The notes under the pieces are model-generated. The model saw nothing but the letters and a program-made list of their open reading frames with translations. It had not been told where the DNA came from and did no database searches. This document shows positions 44,261 through 48,521 of a DNA stretch of 48,521 nt, piece after piece. The DNA is from an uncultured Candidatus Saccharibacteria bacterium (GTDB lineage: Bacteria; Patescibacteriota; Minisyncoccia; Phycocordibacterales; PALSA-1337): assembly GCA_964403205.1 (NCBI GenBank), contig CAYOER010000004.1:1-48521 (forward strand), read 5' to 3'. The number at the start of each line of letters is the position of its first letter. Positions within the stretch are counted from its first letter, which is position 1. A program made the position numbers and the translations under genes.

Positions 44261-44527
44261 CTAACTGCTGACGGACAAGCCTAATTTATTCAGATCTGAT
44301 CGCGTTACTCCTTTCTTTAACAGAAATGAACGTATCAGTCTAACACTGGCAACATGTCCTCGACAGCGCTTCTCTGAAGTGAAGTGCTTATGGAAGACTA
44401 TTTTTCTTCCGAATCTCCCAACAATGTTCCATTGCCAGACACCATCGTCGTTAGAGAGAAATGCTCGAGTGTAGCTGTACTTCACGCGGATATGCATGCC
44501 ATTTTTTGCTATTCTAGCTTTAATCAT
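44261..44527 (-). CDS. Hypothetical basic protein (88 aa)
   Basis: ORF in the GC-elevated islet, downstream of the hammerhead motif. The pattern DDGVWQWNIVGRFGRKIVFHKHFTSEKRCRGHVASV is only loosely reminiscent of DUF1508/YegP-type repeats. Confidence 0.45.
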   Translation of the reverse strand: MIKARIAKNGMHIRVKYSYTRAFLSNDDGVWQWNIVGRFGRKIVFHKHFTSEKRCRGHVASVRLIRSFLLKKGVTRSDLNKLGLSVSS

Positions 44528-44566
44528 ATGTAGTCTTTCATTTGATTGTTTTTTGTCAAAGATCTT

Positions 44567-44618
44567 TCTGTTTCATCCTTTCGGAATCATCAGTCGAGAT
44601 AACACATCTCGATACAGA
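44567..44618 (-). ncRNA. Type III hammerhead ribozyme motif
   Basis: The minus strand reads UCUGUA/UCGAGAU-GUGUU-AUCUCGA-CUGAUGA-UUCC-GAAA-GGAU-GAAA-CAGA. Stem III is 5 bp, the cleavage triplet is GUA, stem I is 7 bp, and both conserved core strands are in place. The only deviation is a U.U at positions 10.1/11.1. Confidence 0.7.
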
Positions 44619-44643
44619 GGAAGGTTTTAAGTAGAAACCTTCC
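44619..44643 (-). other. Stable hairpin between the 161-aa ORF stop and the ribozyme
   Basis: 9-bp stem GGAAGGTTT/AAACCTTCC with a 7-nt loop. No U-tract follows it on the minus strand. Confidence 0.6.
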
Positions 44644-44654
44644 AAAACTTGTAC

Positions 44655-45140
44655 CTACTTGCGAGGTTTGACGAATGCCCATAACGTATTAGTGTCAAAC
44701 CCCTTTGCGTCTTCCACATAGCAACCTAATCCTGCGGTACCCCGATTCCCAACAATCAGGTATACATCCTTTCTATTCCCCATGGGTTCCGTCGAAGCAA
44801 TGTTGACTTCTTCATAACCGCATGAGGCCTTGCCTTGGATAAGAAGCTGTGGACCTACTTCTTGCGGACATTCTTGCAGGCCTAGCGAGACGCCAAGTTG
44901 GCAAATCTCTAGGCGTGACATCCTTTTTCTCTTCCCACCAAAGAGACAAGGCCGGATAGTGACCAAATCCAGAGTCTTGAAGGACTGAATCACGAACGGT
45001 AAGCTCTTATCCCAAGAGCGAATGATGGGGAGTTGTAAAAGGGCGTATTCGATATCATCCATGGTGCGGAAGATACCAACATTTACTGTTGCCCAGATAA
45101 AATCTGGAATCTTAGACATGATTGTTGTATTTGTCGGCAT
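44655..45140 (-). CDS. Hypothetical protein (orphan, 161 aa)
   Basis: ORF in the GC-elevated islet. No family recognised. It has a long CA-rich 5' region. Confidence 0.5.
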   Translation of the reverse strand: MPTNTTIMSKIPDFIWATVNVGIFRTMDDIEYALLQLPIIRSWDKSLPFVIQSFKTLDLVTIRPCLFGGKRKRMSRLEICQLGVSLGLQECPQEVGPQLLIQGKASCGYEEVNIASTEPMGNRKDVYLIVGNRGTAGLGCYVEDAKGFDTNTLWAFVKPRK

Positions 45141-45192
45141 AGGTTTATTCTTTCGTTTTGGTTTGTTGTGATTGTTTGGTTTGCAAGCAGGT

Positions 45193-45366
45193 TATCAATG
45201 AACTCATCTTTCTGCTATAAGTATATCATAACTTATATAGATTGTCAATTGTATTCATCAATAAAATTATCAATATATCCATATATATCAATCTATTTCG
45301 GTATACTCACATATTATTGTGGGAAATCATTGACACAAAGATACATTTGGGTATATAATTATCAAT
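45193..45366 (+). repeat. Array of direct TATCAAT heptamers (iteron- or operator-like)
   Basis: Exact TATCAAT at 45193, 45268, 45286 and 45360. Variants are TGTCAAT at 45243 and CATCAAT at 45256. All copies are in the same orientation. Confidence 0.5.
45330..45359 (+). promoter_or_regulatory. Consensus sigma70 promoter of the TrmB-like gene (leaderless layout)
   Basis: TTGACA-18 nt-TATAAT, followed by 7 nt (TATCAAT) and then the ATG at 45367. Confidence 0.6.
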
Positions 45367-46149
45367 ATGAAAGAAAATAATGAATTAAAACTAGCTTTAC
45401 GATCACTAGACTTTAGTGAAAAAGAGGCAACAGTATACATAGCAATTTTAGGCTTAGGAAAAGGCACAGTATCTCAAATATCTAGAAAAGCAGGTATAAA
45501 TCGTACCACTGGCTATGAAATCCTTGATTCTTTGATAAGTAAAGGGGTTGTTAATTTATCTGGCAAGGAACCAAAAACTGAATATGCTGTTGAACCCCCA
45601 GAGGCTCTAACTGAATATTTTATGAAGGAAGCAAATAACGCTAAAGATCGTATCGAAAAGGTAAAAAGTTTTATTCCACAACTTTTAATGGTTTATGCAA
45701 CTCAAAATAGACCTCGTATCAAATTTTACGAAGGAATTGAAGGTTTAAAATATGTTTATGAAGATACATTGACTTCAAAAGAATCAATTCGTGCTTATGC
45801 AACGGTAGATGATATGCATAATACTCTTCCTAATTATTTTCCAGAATATTATAAACGACGTGCAGGAAAAAATATCTCAATTAGAGCTATTGCGCCAAAG
45901 ACAGAGATGGGTCTTGAACGTAAAGAGCTTGATGCAGAAGAAAAACGCGAAATTGCTTTTATCCCTGCTGATAAATATTATTTTTCTCCTGAAATCAATA
46001 TTTACGATAATAAGGTAATGATTGCTTCATGGAAAGAGAAACTAGGATTGATAATAGAAAGCACAGAAATTGCCGATGCTATGAAGAAAATATATGAATT
46101 AGCGTGGGCGGAGGCAAAAAGATTGGATAATAAAGATAATAATTTATAA
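45367..46149 (+). CDS. TrmB-family transcriptional regulator (260 aa)
   Basis: N-terminal wHTH (FSEKEATVYIAILGLGKGTVSQISRKAGINRTTGYEILDSLISKGVV) plus the usual TrmB C-terminal domain. Confidence 0.8.
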   Translation: MKENNELKLALRSLDFSEKEATVYIAILGLGKGTVSQISRKAGINRTTGYEILDSLISKGVVNLSGKEPKTEYAVEPPEALTEYFMKEANNAKDRIEKVKSFIPQLLMVYATQNRPRIKFYEGIEGLKYVYEDTLTSKESIRAYATVDDMHNTLPNYFPEYYKRRAGKNISIRAIAPKTEMGLERKELDAEEKREIAFIPADKYYFSPEINIYDNKVMIASWKEKLGLIIESTEIADAMKKIYELAWAEAKRLDNKDNNL

Positions 46150-46968
46150 TTTATTGATTTCCTGTTTCTTCGGCAAATAATTCCCCTTCTCTATCACCCC
46201 TTTTTTCGTCTGACTTTCTATATCCTTCCTTGTTCTTCCTGCCACTTTTCCACCATCTTTTGCATCTGTGTGTATTTTATTAAATTCCTTAGAATCCCTA
46301 TCTTGTGTGAACTTCGTTGTTGTTGCCTCACCTAGCATTGTTAGAATCAACTCTATATCATTCATATGATCACGAAGATTGTTCTCTTTATTTAATGATT
46401 TATGTTTCTTATATTCCTGTGCTGTCATATCAAAGGTGCCTTTATAGATTTCATCTGTAAGTATTGCAAATTCTGAACCTTTTTTAATTCCCCTATTTTT
46501 CCATTCGTCTGTTAAACTATGGCGTACATTGATTCCTCTCATTCTTTTGTCTATCCATTCCTTTGGATACCCTTTTCTTTCATATATAGCTTTTGCGCGG
46601 TCTATGGCGAGTTCTGGATCTTGGATTTCTTCTAGTCTTTCTGTGCCTACGCGAGCAAGCCAGAGCTTTATCGGTTCAGCTTTTTGGGAAGGAATTGATT
46701 GGATAATTCTAAAAATACCTTCTAGATTGGCACAATTTATCATCTGTTTTCCTCCTTTTGTTTGCATTGAAAGGGGGGTGACAATTTGTCCCCACCCTTT
46801 GCCAAGTTCTTCATCTCGTTGTTTCATTTTCTTTATATAATCAACAGGATCTACTGTCTCTGTAAGTACTTCAACAACATCATTAATACAGAAGTACCAC
46901 TTCTCATCATGCCAAACCTTTCTTATCTCCCTTCCCTCAAATAACGCTATTTCTTTTATATTATTCAT
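46144..46968 (-). CDS. Bro-N domain protein, DinD/antirepressor-like (274 aa)
   Basis: Bro-N pattern (FEGREIRKVWHDEKWYFCINDVVEVL...NLEGIFRIIQSIPSQKAEPIKLWL). The C-terminal half is colinear with the DinD-like protein at 12576-13448. There is a 6-nt convergent overlap with the TrmB gene. Confidence 0.75.
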   Translation of the reverse strand: MNNIKEIALFEGREIRKVWHDEKWYFCINDVVEVLTETVDPVDYIKKMKQRDEELGKGWGQIVTPLSMQTKGGKQMINCANLEGIFRIIQSIPSQKAEPIKLWLARVGTERLEEIQDPELAIDRAKAIYERKGYPKEWIDKRMRGINVRHSLTDEWKNRGIKKGSEFAILTDEIYKGTFDMTAQEYKKHKSLNKENNLRDHMNDIELILTMLGEATTTKFTQDRDSKEFNKIHTDAKDGGKVAGRTRKDIESQTKKGVIEKGNYLPKKQEINKL

Positions 46969-47131
46969 ATTTTTATATAGATTAATTAATAATTAACTCC
47001 ATTAAATCATTTCGCAATAAAAACACAACGAAATTTTATTCAAAATACGTAGTTAAGAAATAGAATATAATATTAGGTCAATAGTGACAAAAGGAAAAAC
47101 ATAGTAATATATACTATATTGAAGTAGCCAG

Positions 47132-47249
47132 AAAGCTGGAATAGTTTAGTACTAGCGCTAAGGTAAAACGCCCTCTTATGCTTTCATGGTGGAGGTAGGT
47201 CATGAACAGATGTAGGGGTAATGAGAGTGAAAATCTCCCTTCCAGCTTT
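47132..47249 (+). other. Long-range helix enclosing about 100 nt of a 400-nt spacer; possible sRNA or structured mRNA of a micro-ORF
   Basis: AAAGCTGGAA (47132-47141) pairs perfectly with TTCCAGCTTT (47240-47249) and is followed by TTGTTTATTT. Inside are GGAGG (47191-47195) and an ATG at 47202 that opens a 31-codon ORF (47202-47297). Confidence 0.25.
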
Positions 47250-47322
47250 TTGTTTATTTCACAATTAATATCCCTATTTTTGCCCAGAAAAGTGTAGTTT
47301 TGTTTTGTCAGTATTGAGTTGC

Positions 47323-47353
47323 TAGTTGATAGTTGACAGTAAACTATCAACTA
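47323..47353. promoter_or_regulatory. Perfect 12-bp inverted repeat (operator candidate) overlapping the promoter of the HTH-PRT gene
   Basis: TAGTTGATAGTT-GACAGTA-AACTATCAACTA. A third TGATAG half-site lies at 47354-47359. Confidence 0.5.
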
Positions 47354-47362
47354 TGATAGCAT
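47354..47362 (+). promoter_or_regulatory. Extended -10 promoter (leaderless layout)
   Basis: TGATAGCAT followed by 6 nt and then the ATG at 47369. TTGACA lies 18 nt upstream (47333-47338). Confidence 0.5.
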
Positions 47363-47368
47363 TACCCT

Positions 47369-48343
47369 ATGGTAACAAATACATACAAGGAAATATATGA
47401 ATATATTAATAAGCATGGACAAGCTTCCATAGTCGAGCTTTTTGATAGTTTCAGGATATCCCGTCAAGCCATTTTTAGGCATATTAATAGACTTCAGAAG
47501 GAAAACCTGATTTATAAGGTAGGTAAGTCACCTAAAGTCTTTTATTTGCCTAAAAAAGTGGTGGAAAGTAAAGATATCTTTATTTCTGAGGATAAAAGAA
47601 AAATTATAGATGAGAATTATCTAATAATTACCCCTGATGGTCAAAAACTTGAGGGTATGAAAGGTTTTGAATATTGGTGTAATAGACAAATGTTGCCGGT
47701 AGAAAAAACTGTAGATGAATATATAGATACTCTAGAAAAATACAATAAATATAAAAAAGATGGACTGATAGATGCCACTGTAAAAATAAAAGATAGTTTT
47801 AAAGAAATCGGTTTAGATATCATGTATTACAAGGATTTCTACAGTATTGAAAGATTTGGAAAGACTAAGCTTGGTCAAATTCTTCTATATGCAAAACAAA
47901 GTCAAGATAGAAATCTAATAAGACAAATTGGTGAAGTGATAAAAAAAGATATTCTTAATCTGATTGAAGAGAAGAATATTGATGCAATAGGTTTTATACC
48001 TCCTACTGTAAAGCGTGAGATTCAACTAATGAATGAAATAGAAAAATTTCTCAATATAACAATTCCAGTAATAAATCTTGTAAAAATTAAAGGAGACGTA
48101 GCTGTACCACAGAAAACACTAAATAAAATTGAAGATAGAATTGAAAATGCAAGGAAATCTATTTTTATAGAGGGTAATAAGATTTATAATAATATTTTAC
48201 TTATAGATGATGCTGTCGGTTCTGGTGCAACACTAAATGAAACCGCCCTTCAGATAAGGAATAAGGGTATTTGTAATGGTAAAATCATAGGTTTTGCGAT
48301 AACTGGAAGTTTTAAAGGATTTGATATAATTAGTGAAGTATAA
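47369..48343 (+). CDS. Winged-helix DNA-binding domain fused to a phosphoribosyltransferase domain (PurR/ComF-like architecture)
   Basis: N-terminal HTH (QASIVELFDSFRISRQAIFRHINRLQKENLIYKVG) and a C-terminal type I PRT PRPP loop (ILLIDDAVGSGATLNE). Confidence 0.7.
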   Translation: MVTNTYKEIYEYINKHGQASIVELFDSFRISRQAIFRHINRLQKENLIYKVGKSPKVFYLPKKVVESKDIFISEDKRKIIDENYLIITPDGQKLEGMKGFEYWCNRQMLPVEKTVDEYIDTLEKYNKYKKDGLIDATVKIKDSFKEIGLDIMYYKDFYSIERFGKTKLGQILLYAKQSQDRNLIRQIGEVIKKDILNLIEEKNIDAIGFIPPTVKREIQLMNEIEKFLNITIPVINLVKIKGDVAVPQKTLNKIEDRIENARKSIFIEGNKIYNNILLIDDAVGSGATLNETALQIRNKGICNGKIIGFAITGSFKGFDIISEV

Positions 48344-48354
48344 TCTACTCCCTC

Positions 48355-48521
48355 CTACCTCCTCCTCTTTGCCCCTATGAGATATCTTTCAGCACTCATA
48401 TCTAGATCTATGAAATCATCTACTGCTTCTATTAGCTTGGTCGATGTGGATTTTCCAAATGACACAACCTCTACCTGACAGCCTTCATTTACTTGTAGAT
48501 ATTGTACTAGAGGGATGAAGT
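48355..48521 (-). CDS. NYN/LabA-like domain protein, C-terminal 54 codons; the 5' part lies beyond the right window edge
   Basis: Hand translation of the minus strand gives ...FIPLVQYLQVNEGCQVEVVSFGKSTSTKLIEAVDDFIDLDMSAERYLIGAKRRR-stop (TAG at 48357-48355). It matches the C-terminal pattern of LabA/DUF88 NYN proteins. It is not in the ORF track. Confidence 0.55.
   Translation of the reverse strand, partial: FIPLVQYLQVNEGCQVEVVSFGKSTSTKLIEAVDDFIDLDMSAERYLIGAKRRR

Noticed and set aside
47187-47195. The minus strand reads CCUCCACCA, which resembles a tRNA or tmRNA 3' end.
   Set aside because: No T arm or acceptor-stem partner can be formed from the preceding sequence.
1-48521. Looked for CRISPR arrays, rRNA genes, IS elements, transposases, integrases and a reverse transcriptase.
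   Set aside because: No regularly spaced direct repeats were seen, and no ORF has the corresponding catalytic motifs.

Overview
This 48.5-kb window is mostly an AT-rich, tightly packed chromosome segment. A hand count of 5581-5640 gives 20/60 G+C. It has the look of a streamlined, Patescibacteria/CPR-like bacterium using the standard genetic code (RF2 is present and TGA is used as a stop).

Core genes:
- Replication origin neighbourhood: rpmH-rnpA-yidC diverging from dnaA-dnaN, with DnaA-box and AT-rich spacers.
- Housekeeping genes: prfB-ftsE-ftsX, pilB, ruvB, yebC-ruvC, tyrS, a class A PBP, rsmA, pcrA, a LysM-M23 peptidase, comM, a dksA-like gene and pnp.
- One tRNA-Thr(CGU).

Features that stand out:
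1. An 11-gene, single-strand operon (22787-34741) encodes a stripped-down type IV secretion-like apparatus (VirB4-, VirB6-, PrgI/VirB3- and pilin-like proteins plus seven orphan secreted or membrane proteins). It has no relaxase, coupling protein or VirB11.
2. A complete type III hammerhead ribozyme motif (44567-44618, minus strand) sits between two orphan ORFs inside a roughly 1-kb GC-elevated islet.
3. The left ~5.1 kb is a GC-rich block (32/60 G+C in the first 60 nt). It carries purL (edge-truncated and missing from the ORF track), purN, purD and an orphan gene with a strong Shine-Dalgarno. The block ends at an abrupt compositional break near 5130-5200.
4. Two paralogous TrmB-like regulator plus Bro-N/DinD-like modules are present, one of them splitting the ruvB / yebC-ruvC neighbourhood.
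5. At least ten genes share the promoter layout TGn-TAnnnT-N6/7-ATG with no Shine-Dalgarno, which implies leaderless mRNAs.
6. Several structured non-coding stretches remain unassigned: a 173-nt rod-like element at 10068-10240, a 400-nt spacer at 46969-47368, the leader of the M23 peptidase gene, and a TATCAAT iteron array at 45193-45366.

I saw no CRISPR array, rRNA gene, transposase or integrase.
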